Below the pieces are notes generated by a model. That model was not told the origin of the DNA. It saw nothing but the letters and a program-made list of their open reading frames with translations, and made no database searches. The position numbers were made by a program, and so were the translations under genes. DNA of 64,000 nucleotides from Hyalangium minutum (lineage in GTDB: Bacteria > Myxococcota > Myxococcia > Myxococcales > Myxococcaceae): positions 62,001-126,000 of the forward strand of contig NZ_JMCB01000023.1 of assembly GCF_000737315.1 (NCBI RefSeq). Direction: 5' to 3'. Shown one piece after another: positions 8,621 through 17,095 of the stretch (positions within the stretch are counted from its first letter, which is position 1; each line of letters starts with the position of its first letter).

Positions 8621-10504
8621 CTAGGAGGCCTTGGCCGCTGGCGTCGCTGCGGAGGCGACGGCTGTCGGGGCGCTCTTCTCCTGGGTCTCGAAGAAGGCCT
8701 CGCCCTCGTTGATGACGAAGCCGAGCTTCCACCAGTTCGCCTGCATCTGGATGTACATGGCCATCTCGACGGCGCTGGTGCCCTCAGGCGCGCTGTTCTT
8801 GATCTCCGGCTTCTTCGCCTCGACCTCGGCGACCGCATCCAGGGCCCGAGTCCAGGAGACCATCTGGATGTCTCCCTTCTTCGCGTAGACATCATCCGGA
8901 CGGTGGGCGGCCCACCACATGTGGTACATGCCGTCGCCCTGGAAGGCGTTCTTCTTGAAAGACTTGGGGTCGAAGAACTGCTTCTTGCACTGGTAGAAGT
9001 CCGCCTGCCAGGGCAGCGCCATCTGCTGCGAGAAGAACCCCGGGCCAATGGCGAGATTCGCCGTGGTGGGGAACACCGTGCCCGAGTGCTTGATGCGGAA
9101 GGGAGCCGCGTACAGCTCCGGCAGGCGCACCAGCCAGCTGCAGTCGATGCCAGGGAAGAAGGGGCCGCCCACGCTGTTCTCCAGCGCGGCCCGATCGAGC
9201 CCCCCGGCGAAGATCTCCGTGTCGATGGCGTGGGCCTTCGTCGCGTCCCAGTCCTCCTCGAACTGTCCCTCGGCCCAGCGCTTGAGCACCGCGTACTGCA
9301 CCCGCGTGAGCGTCATGAAGTAGCCCTTCTTCATCCCCTCGTTAGGCGCTTCGTCCGTGTAGAAATCCCCGAATCCCTTGGGCATCAGCAGGGGCTCCTG
9401 GGTGGCGCTGAAGGGATCCCTCAGGTAGCCGAAGATCGTCTTGCGCAGGCGCTGGCCCTTGACCGAGGCCACCGTGCCGAGATCCTGCTCCACGCCCGCC
9501 AGGGAGGCATGGAAGGACTTGGAGGCCTCGGGGTTGTGGACATTGCGGTGCCCGAGGGCCCGATCGAGGATGGGGAACACTTCCTGCCTGAAGGAGGGCT
9601 TGTAGTTCTGGAAGGAATGGGTCGTCGTGTTCCAATCTGCGCGCTGCTTCTCGAGCCGGGCAAACAGGCCCTTGTCGAGCAAGCCGTCAGTGGTGGAGAT
9701 CGGCACATCCTTGGAGCGCACCGCCAGGTCCCACATGGTGTCGAACAGGCGCACCACGTTGCCCACCGCGGGTCCGAAATCCGGCGGTCCCACCAGCAGC
9801 CACGCGCCGTTGTTGCCCTCCAGCTTCGCCGTCTGGGTCTTGCCTCCCTCCGTGTAGGTGATCTCCGCGCTCACGGGCCCGTCCGACATGTCGTCGAACC
9901 AGTGATCATTGTTCACGTAGTCGTCGATGAGCTTGCCCTGGTCTGTCTTGCTGGACTGGCCAAGCCCGCCCAGCACGAGCAGGCGGCCCTGCTCATCCGT
10001 GCGCAGTTCGCCCAGCGTGGTGATGGGGATGTTGCGATTGGGATTGGTGAGGGACACGCGCGGCTGGCTCTTGCCCGAGATGGACTTGAGCCCGGGGTCG
10101 ATGACGAGCAACCGCTCGCGATCGGCCGCGGCCTGGACATGCGCATTGCGCTTCGCTTTCCAGGCGCCGTTGTCCGCCCCCTCCTGCCCATTGAACTTGA
10201 AAAAGGCGGCCTTGCGGTTGGCCAGGTGGACATTCCATTTGATGCCGGTGATGTCAAAGCTGCCCTGGGTGATTTCCCGCAGGGGGCTCAGCACACCGCT
10301 CTGCATCGTGTATTCAAAGACACGGAAGCGAGCCGCCTGCCGCTTGACGCGGCCCTGGCTGTCCTTGAAGGGCTGGAACTTCTTCTGGGCGATGTCGAAG
10401 TTGGGAGGCTGGTTGGGATGCTCGGGGCCGATGTAGAACTCGTCTGGGGAGTTGCCAACGCGGGCGACGCCAACGGCAGGATGGATGCGAAAGAATCGGG
10501 CCAT
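8621..10504 (-). CDS. LodA/GoxA family CTQ-dependent amino acid oxidase
   Basis: FRIHPAVGVARVGNS, VKRQAARFRVF, WNVHLANRKA, LGELRTD..GRLLVLGG, NND.WFDD.SDGPV, GGPFFPGID, MALPWQADFYQC (Asp and CTQ Cys), WWAAHRPD (candidate CTQ Trp), WWKLGFV. Confidence 0.92.
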   Translation of the reverse strand: MARFFRIHPAVGVARVGNSPDEFYIGPEHPNQPPNFDIAQKKFQPFKDSQGRVKRQAARFRVFEYTMQSGVLSPLREITQGSFDITGIKWNVHLANRKAAFFKFNGQEGADNGAWKAKRNAHVQAAADRERLLVIDPGLKSISGKSQPRVSLTNPNRNIPITTLGELRTDEQGRLLVLGGLGQSSKTDQGKLIDDYVNNDHWFDDMSDGPVSAEITYTEGGKTQTAKLEGNNGAWLLVGPPDFGPAVGNVVRLFDTMWDLAVRSKDVPISTTDGLLDKGLFARLEKQRADWNTTTHSFQNYKPSFRQEVFPILDRALGHRNVHNPEASKSFHASLAGVEQDLGTVASVKGQRLRKTIFGYLRDPFSATQEPLLMPKGFGDFYTDEAPNEGMKKGYFMTLTRVQYAVLKRWAEGQFEEDWDATKAHAIDTEIFAGGLDRAALENSVGGPFFPGIDCSWLVRLPELYAAPFRIKHSGTVFPTTANLAIGPGFFSQQMALPWQADFYQCKKQFFDPKSFKKNAFQGDGMYHMWWAAHRPDDVYAKKGDIQMVSWTRALDAVAEVEAKKPEIKNSAPEGTSAVEMAMYIQMQANWWKLGFVINEGEAFFETQEKSAPTAVASAATPAAKAS

Positions 10505-10520
10505 GGTGTGTTCCTCTGAA

Positions 10521-12437
10521 TCAGTGGGTTTGGGAGTACAGCTTCTCGAGGAGTTCGATCAGGCGCTTCTTGTCCGTCTCACCCAGCTCCCGATCCACGG
10601 GCATCTTGAAGCCAACGATCTTCGCCTGCGTGGGATTGGGATCGAGCCGGTCGAGGATGGGGCTGCTCTGGTCCGCGACCATGTCCTTGCTGAAGATGTC
10701 GTAGCGAATGGCGCCGTGGCAGCGGTAGCAATACCTGTTCATCAGGCCGAGCAGCTCCTTGTCCTCGGCGTTCGACGTCCAGTTCAGGGGGGCCGAGGTG
10801 GGCTTGCGGTCCTTCTTGAGCGGATGGCCCACGTTGGAGAAGGAGAATGCGCGCTTGATGAGGTCGGGCTCCGGCGCCACCGAAGTCTTGTGGATCTCCA
10901 GCCACTTGTTGGTCGCGGCGAGGGGGAAGCCCTTGGGGTTCACGCGCTTCTGCATGACCGCCACCTCCTGGTTGAGCTGGCGCATCACGTCGAAGGCCGC
11001 GGCATATCGGGCCGCCTTGACGTCCTTGCCCGCGTCGAAGAGCGCGGCGGGCGCATCGGCCTTGTTCAGGGCGGGGAAGTCCCCATCCGTGAGGCGGTCT
11101 AGCCAGTGGTCGGTGTCGAGGTAGTTGAGCACCGCCTGACCGCGCAGCGAGCCATGGCAGGTGTCACACCCGTTGGGGACGAAGTAGGGAGCGCTGCCAT
11201 GAAGCGTGCCGGCATCGAAGGAGGCGTCGAGCGCGTAGGACAGCTTGTAGCCCTTGTCCGAAGGGCCGAAGTCCATCCAGTAGATGCTGTTGAGCTCCGC
11301 GTTCTGGCATGCGGTCTGGCCCGCCTTGCACTGGGTGAGCAGGGCCACCTGCGTGTTGACGGAGCCATTCTTCACCAACAGGGGCACGTTGGTGCCGCCA
11401 AAGGGGCTATGGGTGGGGGGCGAGGTGAAGTGGTTGAAGAGGATCCAGGCGCTCTCCACGAAGTGGTTCTGCGCCTGGGAGCCCGGGCGGGCCTTCATGC
11501 GCACCAGCCGACGCCAACCGACCTTGCGCTGCGCGGGAGCGACGCTGAAGTCGACGATCTTGGGCGCGAAGAAACGGGAGACGAGAATGTCTTTGCTGTC
11601 TCCGCTGCCTCCGCTCGCGGTGCCATTCTGCACGACGACGGTCCACTGGGCCACGGCCTGTTTCCGAGGGTCGGTGGCATGGATCGTGACCGTGTCAGGA
11701 ACGCTGGAGGAGGGTGAGCATTTGCTGCACCGGGCCAGGTAGTTGCCTGTGCTCGCCTTGAAGGCGACCTTCCCGTTGGGAAGGAGCTCCGGGGTGAAGC
11801 GCGCGACAGCAGGCGGAGTGGCGCCGAGCGCGCTGACGGTCGCGAAGTCCTTGATGGTGGCTCTATCGATGCATCCAGTGCACCGTGCCACGTAAAAGCC
11901 GGTGTCCGCCTTGAGCGCGATCGTGCCATCGCCCGCGTCCACCACCTCGAAGAGGGTGGAGGGCTCGGAGTTCGCACTGGCGTGGACGGTCACGGTGTCC
12001 ACCACCTCGAGCGTAGTGCCTTGCTGGCAACCTCTGCAGCGGGCGAAGAACAGACCCGTGTCCGCCTTGAGCGAGACCTTGCTGCCCACGGGCAGCACCT
12101 GCGCGACGGTCGCCCTCCCCTCCATCAACGACTCGGGCGTCGCGAACTCAATGTCCTCGGGGGTGAACTCCTTGAACCCGAGGTAGCTCAACAGGTCCTT
12201 GAAGGTCGCCTGCGCCTCAATCGTGGCGGGCGTGAGAACTCCGAGCTTCTTGGAGAGCGCCTTGTAGTACTTGGACGCCTCCTCCGGGCTGCCATTGTTG
12301 AGGGCGCTCTCCTGTGGCTCGGAGGCGCTGGCGGCCTGGGCAAAGCCGGGCACGGCGTGCAGTGCCCCCCACAAGGCGCAGAAGGCGAGGAGTGAGCTTC
12401 GACGGGGATGCGATGAAGTGAGCGCGAACATGCTCAC
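10521..12437 (-). CDS. Secreted protein with inserted fascin-like beta-trefoil domain and two c-type heme motifs
   Basis: Signal peptide (RRSSLLAFCALWGALHAVPGFAQA); three repeats [VI][SA][LF]KA[DS]TG.[FY].ARC..C; CxxCH motifs CDTCH (11154-11168) and CYRCH (10716-10730); 16 bp from the lodA-like start. Confidence 0.75.
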   Translation of the reverse strand: MSMFALTSSHPRRSSLLAFCALWGALHAVPGFAQAASASEPQESALNNGSPEEASKYYKALSKKLGVLTPATIEAQATFKDLLSYLGFKEFTPEDIEFATPESLMEGRATVAQVLPVGSKVSLKADTGLFFARCRGCQQGTTLEVVDTVTVHASANSEPSTLFEVVDAGDGTIALKADTGFYVARCTGCIDRATIKDFATVSALGATPPAVARFTPELLPNGKVAFKASTGNYLARCSKCSPSSSVPDTVTIHATDPRKQAVAQWTVVVQNGTASGGSGDSKDILVSRFFAPKIVDFSVAPAQRKVGWRRLVRMKARPGSQAQNHFVESAWILFNHFTSPPTHSPFGGTNVPLLVKNGSVNTQVALLTQCKAGQTACQNAELNSIYWMDFGPSDKGYKLSYALDASFDAGTLHGSAPYFVPNGCDTCHGSLRGQAVLNYLDTDHWLDRLTDGDFPALNKADAPAALFDAGKDVKAARYAAAFDVMRQLNQEVAVMQKRVNPKGFPLAATNKWLEIHKTSVAPEPDLIKRAFSFSNVGHPLKKDRKPTSAPLNWTSNAEDKELLGLMNRYCYRCHGAIRYDIFSKDMVADQSSPILDRLDPNPTQAKIVGFKMPVDRELGETDKKRLIELLEKLYSQTH

Positions 12438-12479
12438 GCGGCTTCAGCAACAAGCATGCCTTCCATTGGCAGGGGCGCT

Positions 12480-12900
12480 TACCGCTCGGGGCCAGACGGA
12501 GAGACCTGTTCGGGCCAGGGTCTCCATGAAGGGCTTTGGTGTGTCAGCAAGCCCTTTGACACGACTACCGACATGTCAATGAGTGTCAGCCGGAGCGCAA
12601 AGGCGTTAGCTGGTAACAGCACAGCGGACTGCGGGAACCGATGAAGGGCTGAAGGAGGCGGTGCTGGAATAGGCGTGGGTCCAGGTGCCCGGGCAGGAGG
12701 AGGCCCATTGGTAGGAGAGCGCATCGCCATCCACGTCGGAGGCCAGGGTGGAAACGGAGGTGGACTCTCCCGCGTCGAGGAGGTTGAGGGTGTCACCCGG
12801 GTTGGGATCGTGAACGATGGCAGTGAGGGAGAGAGAGCCGCCCGTCAGGACAGAAGTGGAGGAGACAACCAGGCAGAGACAATGGGGAATGCGGTATCGG
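12480..12900 (-). pseudogene. Remnant of an Ig-like/PKD-repeat surface protein
   Basis: Fragment reads SLTAIVHDPNPGDTL..STLASDVDGDALSYQWASSCPGTWTHAYSSTASFSPSSVP, like myxobacterial Ig-like repeat proteins; it has no credible start and hits a stop/frameshift. Confidence 0.55.
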
Positions 12901-12973
12901 CGGGTGCTTGCTTGAGGAGACTGCCGGGCGCCGGACGGTGGGCAGGACGGCGCTCGACGGTGTCGGCCGCAGC

Positions 12974-14149
12974 GTGACACACCGCTACGCCTTGACAAAA
13001 ATCATTGGCATTCCGGTTCTCGTGCTCGCACTGGCGAGCTGCGGTTCATCGCAGGCGCATGCGAATCCAGACTCGCGCCCTGCCCCCACGAACTCGCTGG
13101 AAGAGCAGGTCGACAGGTTGATGGCTCCGTGGAGCCAGGGCGACACGCCGGGCGCGGCCATCCTCATCATCCAAGAGGGCCAAGTCGTCTTGAAGAAGGG
13201 CTATGGCCTCGCCAACCTCGAGAGCCAGAAGCCCGTCACGCCGGACACCGCCTTCCTGCTCGCCTCCGTCACCAAGCAGTTCACGGCCATGGCGGTCATG
13301 ATGCTCGCCGAGCGCGGCAAGCTGAAGTACGACGATCCGCTGTCAAAGTTCTTTCCCCAGTTCCCGCCCTACGCAAATCAGATCACCGTCCGCCACTTGC
13401 TTCACCACACGGCCGGCCTCCCGGAATACGAAGACCTCTTTCTCGAGACCGGCAAGCTCGACCCGGACTATCCACGGTCGGCGAAGGCCCCGCAGAGCCC
13501 ATTCGAGCCGACCTCCCAGGACACCCTCGCCCTGCTCGCCCAGGTGATGGCGCCCCGCTTTGCCCCCGGAGAGCAGTATGAGTACAGCAACTCCGGCTAT
13601 GTCCTCCTGGCGCAGATCGTCGAGAAGGTGTCGGGGCAGCCCTTCGCGCAGTTCCTCCGGCAGAACATCTTCCAGCCGCTCGGCATGAACCGGTCGCTCC
13701 TCTATGACGAGACGCGGCCCCCCGTTCCCAACGTGGCCACCAGCTACCTGCTCAAGAATGGCGTCTACCGCGATATCGACTACACTCCGCTGAACGCCAT
13801 CTATGGCGAGGACAACATCTACTCGACCATCGAAGACCTCTATCAATGGGACCAGGCGCTCTACACCGAGAAGCTCGTGAAGGCCGCGACGCTCCAGGAG
13901 GCCTTCACCCCGGGGACGCTGCGTGATGGCGAGGCCACCGAGTACGGGTTCGGCTGGTGGGTGCACACGTTCCTCGGCATGAACGCGGTGGGACATGACG
14001 GCTCGTGGCTCGGCTTCAAGACCGTCATCCTGCGCTTCCCGGACCAGCGTCTCACGGTCGTCATGCTGGCCAACCTGCACGACATCGACGTGGGAGACCT
14101 AGCTTTCAAGATCAGCAAGCTCCAGCTGACCGGGAACAAAGCCCAGTGA
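12974..14149 (+). CDS. Serine hydrolase lipoprotein, beta-lactamase family
   Basis: Likely GTG start at 12974, lipobox LASC; SVTK (SxxK), YSN, LLHHTAG, HDGS. Confidence 0.88.
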   Translation: MTHRYALTKIIGIPVLVLALASCGSSQAHANPDSRPAPTNSLEEQVDRLMAPWSQGDTPGAAILIIQEGQVVLKKGYGLANLESQKPVTPDTAFLLASVTKQFTAMAVMMLAERGKLKYDDPLSKFFPQFPPYANQITVRHLLHHTAGLPEYEDLFLETGKLDPDYPRSAKAPQSPFEPTSQDTLALLAQVMAPRFAPGEQYEYSNSGYVLLAQIVEKVSGQPFAQFLRQNIFQPLGMNRSLLYDETRPPVPNVATSYLLKNGVYRDIDYTPLNAIYGEDNIYSTIEDLYQWDQALYTEKLVKAATLQEAFTPGTLRDGEATEYGFGWWVHTFLGMNAVGHDGSWLGFKTVILRFPDQRLTVVMLANLHDIDVGDLAFKISKLQLTGNKAQ

Positions 14150-14268
14150 GCGGTGTGCACAGGCGGGCTGTGTTGGCGTGAGCGCAGTCCGCCCACCCCG
14201 CCGTGGCATGGAGCGAACACGAGGCATCCGCTTCCATCCGGGCCCGGACCCGTACAGAGAGGTGGGCG

Positions 14269-16167
14269 ATGCCCCAGGCGATTCGACGTTGGCGGTGGTC
14301 ATGGCTGCTGCCGCAGCTTGCGGTCATCATGGCGTGTGGAGGAACGCAGCCAGCGCTCGCGCCCTCCTCCCGCACCCCGGCCGGCCTCCCAGCGTCCGGG
14401 GTGTTGCTCAGCCCGGCCTCGAACGCCGACATCCCTCCCGGCGTGACTGGCTCCGCAGCATTCATGTTGTTCACGCGACTGTCCGCCGAGAGTCACTGCC
14501 GCGGGCCTGCCCTGTTGTGCTTCTCCCCGATGGAGAACGACACGGCCTATTTCCGTGACGTCGCAACCGGCGGGCGCGTCTTTGCCCTCGGAGAGCGGGA
14601 GGGACAGTCCTGGCACTCGACGGCGGAGGACCCCGCCGGAACGCAGAGGATCCACGCGAAAGTGGTGTTCCATCCCTCCTACCTGGGCAGGGAGAACTGC
14701 TTCGTCGATACCGGCACAGAAACCGCCCTCTGCGGCTCGAACACCATCTTCATCGACTTCTTCTCCGTCTCACAGTGCATCAAGCCAGGGCTTTGGACCT
14801 GGCGGTTCTTCGAGGATGACAAGGAGTTCTCGTCCGGAAAATACACGGTCCACCCCACCCTTCCCCCCGGCACCACGCCCGCAATCAATCAGGGCGTGTT
14901 CGGGCAGGAATATGACAAAACGGGAGAGCCCATCCGCAGGAAGGGCTGCATGCTCGTGTCCCTGACCGAGATGCTTCAATACCACGGCGTCCAGCCTGGC
15001 CCCGATGTGTCGAACCCCGTGCTCGACCTCAATCGCTGGCTCATCCTGAACGGTGGTTTCGTGGGCGGAGACATCGACCCGCACAAAATCGAGGACTACG
15101 CCATGTGCAAGGGCCGTGTGGCTGGGTGCCGGCCCGTCTACGTCCACTACCAGGGGCCTTCGGTCGGCTCGGAACTCAAGATGGACATCTGCCGCTTCGG
15201 TGCGCAGCCCATCCGCATCCTGGGTCCTCGGATTGTCAGCGGCCGTCCCCTCCCCACCCATTGGGCGCCGGCGACCGGCTTCACCTCCGACGCGCTCACC
15301 GACGTGTTTCTGGCGGACCCGAACGGGGGAGAGGTGGACAAACTCTACTCCAGTTACAAAGACAGAGCCAATTACGAGCCCATCCCCAACGGCCAGACGC
15401 GTGTCTTCAACGGCGAGGAATTCATCATCACGGATAAAGGCCGCAATGGGCTTTTCATCGTCCTACACTCCCCCGTCCACCTAATGGTCACGGACCCCGC
15501 AGGGAGGAGGACGGGGCTGGACGTGAGCTCAGGCCAGCCCCTCTCCGAAATACCGCATGCCGCGTATGACCCCGGTGGGTACGGCGATGTCATGGACGAG
15601 GACCGCGGTGACCCCAACCCGCCCAGGTCTTTCGTGATGACCCAGTCCTCCGCTGGCAACTACACACTGGACGTGACCGGAACGGCCGCTGGCAACTACA
15701 CACTGGACATTCGCTCGTACGATCGGGCTGGGACCGACACCACCAGCACCTTCGCGGACCTGCCCATCCAGGCCGGAGAGCGCCACGGCTATGCGCTGTC
15801 CTATTCCCCCGAGCCAGGAGCGCCACCTGCCGTCGTGGGAGGCTTCGATGGCGGCGGCCAGCGCCCGCGGGACGTCAACCAATTCCTCACCTACATCAGG
15901 CCGTTGGACAGCCGAACCTCGCTGCCAGCGGGCACGACGAGTTCCTCTGTCATCTTGAAATACGGACCGACGACGCTCCCAGAGACGTTCTCCGCCAGCC
16001 TGAATGGCGTGGACGTGAGCGCGTTGTTCCACCCGGCCCCTGGCAGCTTCGAAGCGGTGACGCTCAACCTCCAAGCTGGCAGCAACGTCCTGATCCTCTC
16101 CATCGATGGACGGATTGGGAGACGTACGGCGACGGACTCCGACCGCCTCGTGCTGGTGGTCAACTAG
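14269..16167 (+). CDS. Lipoprotein with C39-like (papain-fold) peptidase domain and C-terminal Ig-like domains
   Basis: ATG 14269 with RBS; lipobox-like IMAC; INQG..IRRKGCMLVSL..ML.YHG, DLNRWL..NGGF, THWAPATG, FLADPN give a candidate Cys-His-Asp triad; HSPVHLMVTDP.GRRTG and AGNYTLD x2 beta-sandwich segments. Confidence 0.6.
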   Translation: MPQAIRRWRWSWLLPQLAVIMACGGTQPALAPSSRTPAGLPASGVLLSPASNADIPPGVTGSAAFMLFTRLSAESHCRGPALLCFSPMENDTAYFRDVATGGRVFALGEREGQSWHSTAEDPAGTQRIHAKVVFHPSYLGRENCFVDTGTETALCGSNTIFIDFFSVSQCIKPGLWTWRFFEDDKEFSSGKYTVHPTLPPGTTPAINQGVFGQEYDKTGEPIRRKGCMLVSLTEMLQYHGVQPGPDVSNPVLDLNRWLILNGGFVGGDIDPHKIEDYAMCKGRVAGCRPVYVHYQGPSVGSELKMDICRFGAQPIRILGPRIVSGRPLPTHWAPATGFTSDALTDVFLADPNGGEVDKLYSSYKDRANYEPIPNGQTRVFNGEEFIITDKGRNGLFIVLHSPVHLMVTDPAGRRTGLDVSSGQPLSEIPHAAYDPGGYGDVMDEDRGDPNPPRSFVMTQSSAGNYTLDVTGTAAGNYTLDIRSYDRAGTDTTSTFADLPIQAGERHGYALSYSPEPGAPPAVVGGFDGGGQRPRDVNQFLTYIRPLDSRTSLPAGTTSSSVILKYGPTTLPETFSASLNGVDVSALFHPAPGSFEAVTLNLQAGSNVLILSIDGRIGRRTATDSDRLVLVVN

Positions 16168-16387
16168 CGGCGCCGCGAACCGGAGGTGAACGTATAGAGA
16201 GGACAGGAGCCCTATTAGGGGGGGTAGCGGGCGGCAGCAGAACGAGAGGTGAGAGCCGCTGACGGCTACCCCATGAGCCACAGTCCGGGTCGGCGCAGAT
16301 GCGATTCATCTCCAGCAGACACACGCCTGCCCAGCCCAGGATGCCTTCCCAGGCGGGGCGAGGTACGGGATGAGGCCTACTGCGGCG

Positions 16388-16412
16388 GCGGGTTCGATTC
16401 CCGCCGCCTCCA
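16388..16412 (+). repeat. att-like direct repeat 1, matching the tmRNA (ssrA) T-arm/acceptor 3' end
   Basis: GCGGGTTCGATTCCCGCCGCCTCCA, identical to 19022-19046; TTCGA T-loop and ..CCGCCTCCA end typical of ssrA; no 5' half of the RNA upstream. Confidence 0.8.
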
Positions 16413-16438
16413 CTGTTTCACGCTGTAATCACGGGTGG

Positions 16439-16745
16439 TTAGCAGCGTCCACCAACCGTGTCGCGTGTTATGTCGCATCCCGGAGCAAGAGGACGGTCCA
16501 GCACGTTGACCGCCTCCCTCCGGATGTCGGGGCTCAAGTGGGCGTAGCGCTTGGTCATGTCGATCGTCGCGTGCCCCATCAGCTCCTTAACCACCGTCAG
16601 CGGGCCCCCCTTCATCACGTGGTCAACAAGGATCTGATCCTTGCTGATAACTGTGGAGTGCTTGTTGTTGTTTTCGCTGTCGGTCAAGAAACGCTTCGTG
16701 AACTCAGAAAGCGTCACCCGTTCCTTGCTCTTCTCCCTTCCGATT
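16439..16745 (-). pseudogene. Tyrosine integrase remnant with large in-frame internal deletion
   Basis: EKSKERVTLSEFTKRFLTDSENNNKHSTVISKDQILVDH (N-terminal core-binding-like) joined directly to VMKGGPLTVVKELMGHATIDMTKRYAHLSP (C-terminal box II with His and Tyr). Confidence 0.8.
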
Positions 16746-16789
16746 GGACCAGCTCTTCCTTAGGAATGAACATAATCCTTTTTTTTACA

Positions 16790-16811
16790 ACGCGAGTTGA
16801 CAACTCCGCGT
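16790..16811. promoter_or_regulatory. Palindromic operator-like site containing TTGACA
   Basis: ACGCGAGTTGACAACTCCGCGT; core GAGTTG-A-CAACTC is a perfect inverted repeat in an AT-rich intergenic region upstream of the EF-hand gene. Confidence 0.4.
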
Positions 16812-17095
16812 CACATTGTTCGTTTCAAAGTGATGCCGCAAGGGCTTTGTTGAGGCCATCGACTGCCGGTCGCGGAACCGGAGGTCTTAATTCGCCCCTG
16901 CCGAAAAATGCTCATAATCAACCAATCGACTTTGGAGTAACCCTCGCATACCTGGGCGCGCCCACTTGACCTGCGGAGCCCCTATTCTCCTTGCTGCGGA
17001 GTCAGGAGCTGTTTACGCTCCAACCGCCGTGACCTGCCTGCCCGATACGGGGCAATAGCGGCTCCAAGAACATACCACTCCAGCGAGGTATCTTC

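Noticed and set aside
2026-10504. Single biosynthetic cluster joining the prenyltransferase fusion with the FAD enzyme read as a Trp halogenase
   Set aside because: The flavoprotein is better explained as the LodB partner by motif and 8-bp linkage to lodA; an unrelated kinase and hydrolase separate the two loci.
16388-16412. Possible tRNA or intact tmRNA at either TTCGA-containing repeat
   Set aside because: Only the T-arm and 3' acceptor strand are present; no D-arm, anticodon arm or 5' acceptor strand upstream of either copy.
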